From contig JYFJ02000514.1 in assembly GCA_000934665.2 (NCBI GenBank), forward strand, positions 1 through 64,000: a DNA stretch of 64,000 bases, written 5' to 3'. Source of the DNA: Catajapyx aquilonaris (taxonomy: Eukaryota). The translations under genes and the position numbers were made by a program. Positions within the stretch are counted from its first letter, which is position 1. Every line of letters begins with the position of its first letter. Shown one piece after another: positions 33,632 through 45,800 of this stretch. The notes under the pieces are model-generated. The model was not told the origin of the DNA and made no database searches. It saw only the letters and a list, made by a program, of their open reading frames with translations.

Positions 33632-35163
33632 GCCCTTTTGATACTCCTGTTTTGTTCCCATGATGTTTTTCAAATTTTTTAAAAAACATGAAATTGTGCA
33701 GGGTAACTGCTTTTTTTTCTTTTTGTTCAGAGTGGCACCTTTTTTTTGGAGGCGAAACTATGAAAAGTTATTCAGACATGTGGCTTTGCTGTGGTAAGTG
33801 GTTGCATAGCAAAAGGTAATATTATGGCTGTGCATTACCTGCGTTGTGCAAGACAAGTACAACCACGTTTGTATTGTATCACATACTCCCTATGTTTACT
33901 ACTCTTAGTTTGTCAAGCACTAACAACTTGGTGTAGTGTGGGAACAAGCTTTGCCACAATTTGGATTGCAGAAGATGTGACAGTGAATTGGAGAGTTTAC
34001 TGCAATATTTGGAAAAATGTTCACAAAGAGTTTAATGCCTTTTGGTTAATTTTTGGGCCCTTAGTGCCACACATACATAGTGACTATTCATATGTAATAT
34101 TTGGAAGAAGTCCAGGATACAGTTTAGATTGCACCTGGCAGATTATTTTTTAAGACACTTGAAAAATGGTGTTAAAGAACAGGTTCCATTAATCCCACAG
34201 GATGGTCAATTAGTGTATAGGATTGAAAGTGCTGTAACTATGCAGGAGAAAAATGTCCTCTAAGGGAGTTCACAATAAATGTGAAATGTTATCACCAACT
34301 GTGTACTTGTTCTTCTAATGCTCGTTCCCCCAGCTAAGGGGGAGTTTTCATGGAGTGACAAAGTCATGGTAGGGTTGCAGGAAAGCTAGTGCAACAAGCA
34401 AAACAAAGCTGGAAGCGTCAGGTCAGAATGACAAGTCTTGATGCATAAGTCTGACCTTGCATCTACCTATCCCTCCCATGATAGTTTCGTTGTGTCAACT
34501 GGTTGCATATTGACTTTCCACACCGTTGTCTCTCTGTGGAAATGTCCCCTAAGGCTCCAAGTAGATGTATTTATTTCCCACTTTGTTGCTGTCCTTGGTA
34601 CTTCTGGTGAATCAAGGTTCAAGTGCTAATGGAGGGAACAGTATGGCCACCTCCATATGTTACTTTCGATGCCACATGAGAATATGTTACACAGAGCACC
34701 ATCTACTCTGGATCGACACTTGGCTGTGCATGAATGTCTTCATGTGTGCAGCTCAAGTTACTGTGTAGGTTTTGTAATATACTGTAGTTTACACTGCTCT
34801 GCTGTCAAGCCAGTTGATGGTTTAAGGTGAGTTGTTGACAATATAGGAGAATGAAGGGTATTGTTGCAGTGACATCACTGCTCCAGAAGCTCTGCCTCTG
34901 TAATGTAGGACATTAGTTTAAATTAAATTGAATTTTACTGCAGACTGCCAGTGATAGCAGTGACGAGTAGTGCGAAAGAGTAGTGCGTGCCATGCTACAC
35001 CTTAACCTTCTTCTGAAATACTCTGAGATGTGCAGTAGAGCATGTTGCAGTCAGGATGCATACAGGCTGAGGAACAAAAAAATAATCCAGGGAATGGTTG
35101 GCCCATTGTTCTTTTATAATGTATTTGCTGATTTTATTCTCTTTCTTCTGACAACAGAACGAA

Positions 35164-38100
35164 ATGGAGAACCCAGAAGGTGGCCAGCAGCCTGTCCGGC
35201 TGGTGGATTTTCCAACTGAGCTGCTGGAATTCATTTTTTCCTACCTTCCTGGATTTGACAAGATTTCCTTGTCACTCACATGCAAAAGGTTCGACGAGGT
35301 CATGTTAGGTGCTGATGCTCTCAGGTATGTTCATGTACACTGCATGCTTGTCTGCTTTTGGACATGTGTACTTGGTCCACTTGGGATCTGAATGCAGTAT
35401 CAGTCTCAATTTATGTTCACTGAGAAAGCCCACATTTATTACACATGAAGCATTGTCACCCCTCATCAGGGATTACTTCAATTTTTTTTAAGTAATCCCT
35501 GATGAGGGGTGACAATGCAAGTGAAGCAAGCTAAATTGCTGGCACTGTCAATAACCAGTGATTGAAGACATGAGGTGCTTGGGCAAACCAAGCGTCCTCT
35601 GTGTTGCGGTTTCAGTCACATGCACATGACTGACTGGTTGGGTTTCATTCTAATTAGTGATGTGCATGAAGTTGAGCTGTTGGAGGAAAAGTGTTGCAAT
35701 AATAATTATTAAGAGCACTTTACAAAGCATGGAATGATTGAAGATATTGTTTCAGGCAGTTGAATTTCTCTGGCGAATCCCGCCTGAAGCAAGAGGACCT
35801 GAAGAAGTTCCTACGACCACTAGGGAGATGTTCCCATGTTCAGCAGTTTTTTGTGGATGACTGCTATTGGTTTAGTTCGAGTTTTGTGTCAAGTGTTGTC
35901 TCCAGGATGAAGAGCGTTACTCACCTTCGGCTCCATGGCACTCAGCTTAAGCTTCGCCACCTTGGAGACATACTGAAGTCACTGAAGGAAGTAAGTAACG
36001 GTGCAAAGCAAATTAAGTAAGTGACTGGTGGCTCTAGTCAAAACTTACAGCTATTCATGTGCAAAATGATCTTATCTCACTGAATAATGGCAGGTAAATA
36101 AGTGTAATTTTTTATATAAATGCCAGTGCTCAGAGAGTACCAAAGAATTTTTACTGACCCTCAGTGTTACACTCTTCGGGGAAGAATTACATATGAAGTT
36201 TCATACTTACAGAATTCATGAGAACATGTATATTCGAAGTGTGATTTGCCAATCTTGTTTGAACTGGCACTGCGAACTTTTGAGACCATCTGTGACATGG
36301 GAGTGCATGTATTTTGTACATCTTTGGTTATTATTTATAATTTTATTGTGAGTGAAGGACAGAGTGGTATTTAGAAACATGTATAAGCTGTTGCTTATCC
36401 TTACAGGTAACACACCTTTCCTGGAGCTGGAATGAGTGGGATTTAGAATTTGCTTTTCCGGAATGCCAGTCAATCCTGGAGCGGAGCTTACCCAAACTGG
36501 TCTCCCTGCGACTCCACCTTCCAGAACGCTATTCCAACACCCCCCTGGTCCTTTTCCTGAGTTGGTGCCGCAACCTGAAAGAGCTGATCCTTGTCTTTGT
36601 GCCACTTAAGTCCCGCCCCCCAGAAACTGGACTGCATTTTCCTCAGCCTGAACAAATATCACTTCCTCTTCTTACAAGCATTGTCATCAGGGCGAATCGC
36701 TTCTTGATGGTGCTAGATGTTCCTATCATCAGCCATGTTGTCACAGCTGCTGATCCCAATGCAAAGTGGAATTGCTTCTGGCTTGATACGCCTATGAGCT
36801 TCTTGAGAGGTGAGCTTGTGTCGTGTGGTGGAACTCGTGCTACCATGTTCAGGGGACTAAAAGATTATTATTATTATCACAAAGATCTGGATTGCCTTAT
36901 TGTACAGTCTTCACTCCTGTTAATCTCCTAATAGGCCCACTGCCATAAGGAAATCATGCATGCTTGATTATTGGATATTATTTTATTATAACCATTTCCA
37001 GAACTGAGGTGTTTGCATTTGAGCCCAGATTGATCAATGCAACATTAGATTTGTGATCTCTTGCCTGCTTAACCAGGAGCCTGATCTTGACATTTATAGC
37101 ACTTCCACTTTATGGATCTAGAGCAGTGGTTCCCAACACACAAGCCTTACCGTATAATAATCTGTATTTGTGATCTGCCTTTTATTGATTTAGAGGGAAC
37201 CTTTCAAGTGGACAATACGAGCAGCTTATGCGACATGACCTGTGAAGGAAATGCAGGTACCTTTTGGCCCAAGGAAGTATTAGATGCACAGATATTGACT
37301 CTTCCTGTGTCACGATTTGCCGAGGCAGATACACCTTCTTTGCGTTGTTCTCAACTCAAGCTGTTTCAATGCAACACACATCCCTGTGCTGCATTTCTTC
37401 CTGTTCAGGACTTCACCAGATTGGAAGTGTTTCATTATCTATCCAGCAGTCTTCAATTGGTAATTAATAATGGTTACTTTTTCTTGCATCGCCTTCATTA
37501 TTTGTCTGAATTATTAGGGATTGACTGGTCTGTATGCCAGCAACACGCAACTCACAGAACTGAACCTCATTGGCTATTGCGTGTGCAAAGGTGATGACCG
37601 CTCTGAGATGTGCGGAGCTCTTTCCTTGATGACACAAATGAGGAAACTTGCCCTTCCTGCCTGCTATTTGAAGGGTAAGACATTTTTCCTGAACTCCTTG
37701 GTTACCAATTATATGTGTGGTTTTTTTCCCTTCTTCATTAATATACCTCCTGAATCTGCTTCATAGGAGAAGACCCTCCCGCAGCTCACAGTGAGGGTGC
37801 CGCCTTCTCATCGAGTTACTCAAAGAGAAGGAAATGTGCCCCCAAGTCCTTCGTTTACTGCGATGCTAATGGTACAGCTTCAACGTCAACCAGTGCAGAC
37901 ACAGGCTTCTCCCCTCTTGTCTCAAATTGCCCCTTGGTTGAGGAGCTAGAGCTGGTGGCCTGGTGAGTGTCTGTTATTTTAAAATCTCTGTGTGGCGCTC
38001 TTTGAAGGATAGATCTTACAGAACAAGGTCATTTGCAGGCAGTGTAAAAGAAGCACTGGAGTGCGAAGCAGTGAAATGACGCCAATTTCCAGATGGACCA

Positions 38101-39096
38101 AGCTCAAGCGGCTTACACTGTACAACATTCCAGTTTCTGATGGATCTTTTCTGCCCACTGTCAGTAATTAACAGAGAATTTCTGTCATTCTAATATTTCA
38201 TTTTGGATTTTATATTTGCAAATACAAGGTTTATGAATTTTTAGGGAGTGTTGAAAAGGTGGCTACATGTGAAATGTTGTAAAATGGATCAACGGGGGAC
38301 TACCTGTGTTTAAAATTTCAGATTGCCGAATCATGCAAGGATCTGATCAGCCTTCGAATAGGAAAGTTAGGATTGAGACAGCAAAGCTCATACACTCCTC
38401 ATTTGCTCCGTGCCTTGAAGATGTGCAGCAACCTTCAGGAATTTTGGTGAGTCACCTGTGTAGTTTGTGTACAGCATCAACAGCAAATGAAAACAACAAG
38501 TGACTGAACACCTCATCTCATCATCCCAGGTTTGACCAGATGTTTTCTGGCAGCATGTCCCAGCTATTCGGTGCCTTGCAACACTGCACTCGACTGAAGC
38601 AATTGTTCCTAGATTGTGCAGGAAGACTGAGTCGTCAAGATATTGCATCTCTAAATGGCCTCCTGATAAAGGCTCCTGATCTCACCTGTTTCTTCTGTCT
38701 ATACGAGTCACCTGACGGCTCAATTAAACAATTAGGAAAGAAGCTACTAACCAAGTGAGTTCTGCATGTGCTACCTGATATAAATGGTCAGTGTCAATTT
38801 TTCTATTAATGCACGTAATGTCTGATAATAATAACCATGGTCTTTGATAGAAGATGTATGCCAGAATATTGAGGCATGATCAGTCCATATTAATGTGTTA
38901 TGTTGCATGATATTGTCTAAGTATGCCTTCAAATGCATATTACAGGTTCAAAGTAGATCGTCCTGCACTGGAAGTTTGCATATTAAAACGTATTGAAGGG
39001 ATCAGAAAGCCTTTACCTGATCTCCCTGAAACTCATGCTGAGATGATGATGTGCTTTTCTCGAGTGGCTCGTGGACCAGAACGCCAGATGCAATGA
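35164..39096 (+). CDS. FBXL18: F-box/LRR protein, FBXL18-like, copy 1; exons ~35164-35324, 35756-35990, 36407-36809, 37194-37459, 37518-37674, 37767-37963, 38039-38159, 38322-38446, 38530-38755, 38946-39096
   Basis: F-box LVDFPTELLEFIFSYL...LTCKRF, then CYWF...LRLHGT and LRRs. C-terminus FKVDRPALEV...SRVARGP resembles FBXL18 FQAERPAL...SRVAEEP. Confidence 0.8.
35450..35518. repeat. Perfect 29-bp inverted repeat with an 11-nt loop (intronic)
   Basis: GCATTGTCACCCCTCATCAGGGATTACTT and AAGTAATCCCTGATGAGGGGTGACAATGC. Confidence 0.9.
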
Positions 39097-39872
39097 TGTG
39101 TAGCCACAGCAAGGTGTAAGCACTTGGTAAACTGGAAAACTTCAATTGACTTGGAATAAATTAGTGAGTGACCCTACAGGACAAGATCAAGTGGGTCAAA
39201 GAGTTCTCATTGAAATATTTTTAGAATCATTAATTTATCAGCACCAGACTTCGTGTTACCTTCTGTCATTGTTTGGAGATTATCCCAACAATTATGTACT
39301 GTCCCCCCATCCCATTTCAAGCGGATTTGGTGAGTGCGCATTGTCAGCGTAAGCAGCATATCCACACTTTGACAAAAGGGGCCATGAGTTTGCAAATAAA
39401 GATATGAGCAAGCATTGAAAGCGTTTCATTTTCTGTGTTGGTTGACTTTGCCAAAAATGGTGTTGTGCATGGACTCTCATAATTTTGGTGCCTTATTGTT
39501 CGAATTGGGGCGCCATCTTGCCTGGCCCCCCTGGCCCCAGTGTTACCAAGGCCATTAGTGATGCTGTGAGTCTGTGACATTATCTTGAAATACCTCATAA
39601 TAAGTTATTTGACTGGTGGATCTGGTTTGCCATTTTTCGGTTGAAATCGGTTAAAATGTAGTGTCGCATTAGGAATATTCCAACTTTCTGCCCCATGTTG
39701 CCAACTGCGGAGAATGAAAAGATGGCGGGTGGCGTTCCATGAACGAGGTTTGACTATAGTTTGACTCCTCAGAGGACAAGATGGTCTCTCCCTTTGTTCA
39801 CCCCACGTTGTTGTTTTCATATACCGGTACTTTGCTGACGTTTTTCTTCCTTCCTTCCGACAACAGAACGAA

Positions 39873-42800
39873 ATGGAGGACCCAGCAGAAGGTGACCAGC
39901 AGCCTGTCCGGCTAGTGGATTTTCCAACCGAGCTGTTGGAACGCATTTTTTCCTACCTTCCCGGATTCGACAAGATTTCCTTGTCACTCACATGCAAAAG
40001 GTTCAACGAGGTCCTATTAGGTCCCAATGCTCTCAGGTATGTAGGCGTCCCCTATTACAAAACATCCCCGGATATACACGTCCCCGACACATTTTACATT
40101 CCTAACAAATAGAGTAATAATGACCCCCATGGAAGTGACAGGAAAATCATGCCATTTTATGTAATGTAATATAGACTTAATATGAATCTGTGCATCGTCA
40201 TGCAGACAATATCAAAATTGCACGAATGATAAAACCATTGAAAACGCTTTCAATGTGAACGTCAGTGTAAGAAGAGGTAAATCATTGCACATTAAGGGCA
40301 CCGTACGCATGAACTACGCAACGGACCCAAAAACTAATTGCACATCCCTATATTAGTTTTGCGAGTACTATCAGTCTACCTGGCGATTGTCCTCGAGTTT
40401 CCCTTCACCCTGTATTGCTGTTCTGCATGAAATTGAGCTGCGGCTCTTGAATGGTGGAGGAAAAGAAGTGATTCAATATGGGGAGGGATGAGGAGCATGT
40501 TACAAAGCATAGGATGATTGGAGATATTTTTTCAGGCAGTTGAATTTCTCTGGCGAATCCCGCCTGAAGAAAGAGGACCTGAAGAAGTTCCTGCGACCAC
40601 TAGGGAGATGTTCCCATGTTCAGCAGTTTTTTATGGATGATTGCTATTGGTTTACCTCAAGCTTTGTGTCAAATGTTGTCTCCAGGATGAAAAACATAAC
40701 TCACCTTCGGCTTCATGGCACTCAGCTTAAGCTTCGCCACCTTCTAGACTTAATGACGTCACTGAAGAAAGTAAGTTACGACGGTTGGTGCGAAGCAAAA
40801 AGTAATGGACTGGTGCATCTATTGAAATCTACAAGATCATCCAAGAAGTAAGTTCTGTTTTTTTAAATTAGAAAATGCACAATGCACCCACAAAAATTTT
40901 ATTTACACATCTGAAACCAACAAACTGTCTACTTTTTTTCAAAATAGTTTCCAGCCAAATCAGGGCATTTTTCATTGAGTTACACAATATTTTGGATGCG
41001 CATGTCATAGAAGTCTGCCGCCAGCCATTTCCGCGATCCCTGAACACTGGATTACAACTCCTCGTCGTGGTCAAGCTTCTGCTTTGCAAGCCATTTCTCC
41101 CTGCCCATGGACAGGTGGTAATCGCTAGGCTCTAAAATCCCAGGTGATAAAAAAAATTCTCGCTTGAATTGTTGTGGCAGGGTTCCAGTAAGCAAGGCAG
41201 TATGCAGGGGGGCATTGTTGCGCAAGAAAACACTCCGAAACTCAATGTACCGATACATTGCTTGTGAATTGCCATCCTTAACTTCTGTAATGTCTCACAA
41301 TAAACCTTTGGGTTGAACAAACGTAGCAGCTTGTTGAGTTTCGGGGTGTTTTCTTGCGCGACAATGCCCCCCTGCATACTGCCTTGCTTGCTGGAACCCT
41401 GCCACAACAATTCAAGTGAGAATTTTTTTTTATCACCTGGGATTTAGAGCCTGGTAGCGATTACCACCTGTCCATGGGCATGCAGGGAGAAATGGCTTGC
41501 GAAGCAGAAGCTTGACCATGACGAGGAGTTGTAATCCAGTGTTCAGGGATCGCGGAAATGGCTGGTGGCAGACTTCTATGACATACGCATCCAAAATATT
41601 GTGTTACTCAATGAAAAATGCCCCGATTTGGCTGGAAACTATTTTGAAAAAAAGTAGACAGTTTGTTGGTTTCAGATGTGTAAATAAAATTTTTGTGGGT
41701 GCATTGTGGTTTTCCTAATAAAAAAAACGAACTTACTTTCTGGACGCGCCTCGTACTTGGCGTAATTGAGGGTTTTTGATTAGTGGTAGTTATTTCAGGA
41801 AACTAACTTCAAAATCTAAATCATAAGGTTACCCTCCTGTACGAGGATAGAGTGAACCCGGGAAACCCAAGTGGCCTCTACCAGAAGTTGAATTTAGAAC
41901 CTATTTCGACACGGTGTATCCGAAATCTAAAACAGTTTGTTAAATATTTGTTGAATATAATCTCCCTATGAACTTGCCGTCCCAGCAAAGCCTAATTTTA
42001 AACTGATTTGGCGAAATTTTCCGCAATTCTATCACACTAGTGTCATGGCCGCCGGATTTTCAATTTGTTTCAATCTGCCCGCCAGTTGAGTGGTCTACTT
42101 TCTCTACATCAGCGGTTCCCAACCTTTTTTCACTTACGTACCCTCTGGCAGCCCATTCCCATAAATTGTACCCCTTATCCCTAATGGAGAATGTTTGTAA
42201 TAAATACCTGCTGTTATTTAAAATATAGGCTGTAACTGGAAATAAATTAATCAGTAATAGGATAATAATGCAAAGCAACAATAAGATATACAAAGCATAT
42301 ATTTTTACATTCCAAATTCAAATGATACTTACAGATTAACATACGTAATTATTATTTAGAGTTAATATGCGCACACACTTCCATATATTTGGAATCTTGT
42401 TTCATGAATAACATAGCACACAGGAAATGTTCAGTGAGATCCTTGACCTTGTTTTGAAGCACAATTTCTTGAAATCTGACAGAACATATTTGCCAGGTGC
42501 AATATATTGATTAATCCGCCATTGCTCCTTTTCTTTCGCGTACCCCTGACCATCCTGCGGCGTACCCCCGGGGGTACGCGTACCCCAGGTTGGGAACCGC
42601 TGCTCTACATCATTGATTTGTACTTATTTATTGTTGAGAGTGGCACGGTGGTGCAGTGGTTAGCGCCGCAGGCTTCCACCTCTAAGGTCCCGAGTTCGAT
42701 CCCCAGATCGGACAGAGGATGCTTATGTGGATAGAGTTTCGATGGGTTCTCTCTGTGTTCGTCTGGGTTTTCTCGGGGTTCTCCCGTTTCCGCCCGCAAT

Positions 42801-45800
42801 CAAAATCCATCACGGCAAAGGCAATGATTAAAGTCAGTCAATTAAAAAGATGATCCCCTAAAAAGCCCAAGGAGGCTTATCATGGGGTATCCATTATTAT
42901 TACTATAAAATTCTTGATACTTGATTATTTACAATTTTATTATGTGTGATGAATGACAGTGGTGGTTAAGAAACATGTAGCATTGAAGCTGTTGCTCATC
43001 CTTACAGGTGACACACCTTTCCTGGAGCTGGGATGAGTTGCATTCAGAAATTTTTCTGGAGTGCCCTTCATACCTGGAGCAGACTTTATCCACACTGATC
43101 TCCCTCCGTCTCCACCTTCCAGAACTCTATTCCTACTGCCGCCTGGCCCTTTTCCTGAGTTGTTGCTGCAACTTGAAGGAGCTGATCCTCGCCTTTATGC
43201 CATTTCAATCCCAACATATTGGGCCGATTTTTTCTGAGAAAATGTCATTTCCTCATCTCACAAGCATTGTCATCAAGGCATATCGCGCCTTTGATACTGC
43301 AGCTGAGATGGTCATCAGCGATGTTATCAGAGCTGCTGATCCGAATGCAAAGTGGAATTGCTTCTGGCTTGATACACCTATGATCTTCATGAGAGGTGAG
43401 CTCGTGTCATGTTGTGGAACTCTTAGCTACTGCGTTCACTATAAGATTATTATCACAGAGATCTGGATTGCCTTATTGCACAGTCTTCACTCCTGCTAAC
43501 CTCCAAGTACTGCCATAAGGACATCCTGCATGCACTATTATTTAATGTGATTTTATTGTCGGAATGGTCCAGTACTGGCCGCAATGATGGAATCGTATTA
43601 TATCCTAATCATTCAGGTATTTCATCCCATTATATTGAGTGGCATAAATTTCTCGGAGGCCTTTCTCTTTTTTCAACTTGGAAAGCATGAATCCCAAGTT
43701 TCACTATGTAACACTATGGCCTTACAGTGTGATCTAAAATACTTCCCCGATTGCTGTGGCTGTTGTTGGCACTAATCTACGTAATTTAAGCAGTTACTTT
43801 TTAATGGCTGTCAAAAGTATTAGTGGATTGTAGGATACCATTGTTTCCCTCGCTGTCATTCGCCACTCATAAGGGCCAACAATGTAAATATTGTACGGTG
43901 GCTTTCCACACCTTTCTTGCGACAGTCATACACTGTATTTATTTTTCAACGCTACAGAAGTATTTATAATTCAAAGAAATAGTATAACTCCTAATGACAT
44001 TTCCGAAATGGGGGGGGGGATTCAGGCCGTGGGTATTGCAATATTGAAAAGAAAACCTAGCCCCTCAACAGGTTATTAACAATGATATATTTGTGATCTG
44101 CCTTTTATTGCTTCAGGGATGGGGTTTACAGTCAACAATACCAGCCTCTTATGCGGCCTCACCTGCAAAGGAAATGCAGGTACCTTTTGGCCCAAGGAAG
44201 TATCAGATGCACAGATGTTGACGCTTCCTGTGTCAAGATTTGTCAAGACAGATAAACCATCGTTGAATTGTTCTCAACTCATGCTGTATCAATGCGAGGA
44301 TCACTCTTGTCAGTCCTATGTTCCGCTTGATCCTGTTCATTTGGACTGCACCAGCTTGGAAGTGTTTCATTATCAATCCAGCAGTCTTCAATGGGTAATT
44401 ATTAATGGTTATTTTTTATTGCGTCACCTTCATTATTTTTCTGAATTTTTAGGGGTTGACTGGTCTGTATGCCAGCAACACACAACTCACAGAACTGAAC
44501 CTCATTGGCTATTGCGTGTGCAAAGGTGATGACCGCTCTGAGATGTGCGGAGCTCTTTCCTTGATGACACAAATGAGGAAACTTGCCCTTCCTGCCTGCT
44601 ATTTGAAGGGTAAGACGTATTTCCTGAACTCCTTGGTTACCAATTGGATGTGTGGTTTTTTCCCTTCTTCATTAATGTACCTCTTGAATCACCTTCATAG
44701 GAGAAGACCCTCCCGCAGCTCACAGTGAGGGTGCCGCCTTTTCAACTGGTTATCCAAAGAGAAGGAAATGTGTTTCCCAGTCCTTCGTTGACTGCGATGC
44801 TAATGGTGCAGCTTCAGCATCAACCAGTGCAGACACAGGCTTTTTTCCTCTTGTCTCAAATTGCCCCTTGGTTGAGGAGCTGGAGCTGGTGGACTGGTGA
44901 GTGTCTGTTATTTTAAAATCTCTGTGTGGAGTGTGGCACGCTTTGAAGGAAAGAACTTACAGAACAAGGTCACTTGCAGGCAGTGTAAAAGAACAACTAC
45001 GGAAGTGCGAAGCAGTGAAATGATGCGAATTTCCGGATGGACCAAGCTCAAGCGGCTTACACTGTACGACGTTCCAGTTTCTGATGGATCCTTTCTGCCC
45101 ATGGTCAGTAATTAACAGAGAATTAATTGTTATTCTAACTGGTTGTTTTAACACATGCAGTGGTTATGAATTTGATGTAACACTTTCTGGGGGTGGTAAC
45201 TAACGTGTAAATATATTTTTGTCATTTTTGACTACCCTATACTACAGGGAAATGTCATGATGTCAGTCAAGTACAGGTAGCCCCTGTTTCTCAACTGGGT
45301 TAGGTTCCTTCCAGCACAACAAGGTCATCAAGTTAACCATTGTCAAATGGGACAAAATGACAAAGTAATTAATTATTGAATGTGATAGGTTCCAAAATTT
45401 CCCACGTGCAGTACTTCTTCATTTTTGAGTGCCGAGTATTTGCAACGTGTGATACACCCGTTTAATGGAAGGTTCCAAGTTGAGGGTCATTGGGTTCTGA
45501 TGGGTTCCTTTCCCTCCTTTGCTTTGGCAAGAACTGCAGTGCAGTAGTGCATTGTAACAATGGATATACCATTTTGGGGAGGGCAGAGACCAATAATAAT
45601 AATATATTATTCTCGATATTCTTCTTCTTCTTCTTATTTATTTATTAATAAAAATTCCAGATTGCTGAATCATGCAAGGATCTGATCAGCCTTCGAATTG
45701 GACAGTTAGACAAGGAAAAGTCATACACTCCTCATTATTTGCTCCCTGCCTTGGAGCTGTGCAGCAACCTTCAGGAATTTTGGTGAGTATTCTGTGTAGT

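Larger units (their letters stand above)
31945..39470 (+). repeat. Tandem duplication unit 1 (FBXL18 locus), paralogous to ~39501-50510
   Basis: Both units begin CGAATTGGGGCGCCAT and share promoter motifs (GAAAAGATGGCGG), exons, 3'UTR and a 3' block (39253-39460 matches 50311-50500). Confidence 0.85.

Noticed and set aside
33170..35164. In-frame splice fusion of the Transib ORF to the F-box exon
   Set aside because: The most donor-like site I noticed (CAG|GTGAAA, 33173) is phase 1, while the F-box acceptor needs phase 0. There is no sequence support without RNA data.
35495..35530. Hammerhead ribozyme (CTGATGA core)
   Set aside because: No stem II followed by GAAA and no cleavage-site helix.
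42642..42715. Functional tRNA gene
   Set aside because: A and B boxes are present but there is no proper acceptor stem, and the sequence continues into a SINE core and tail.
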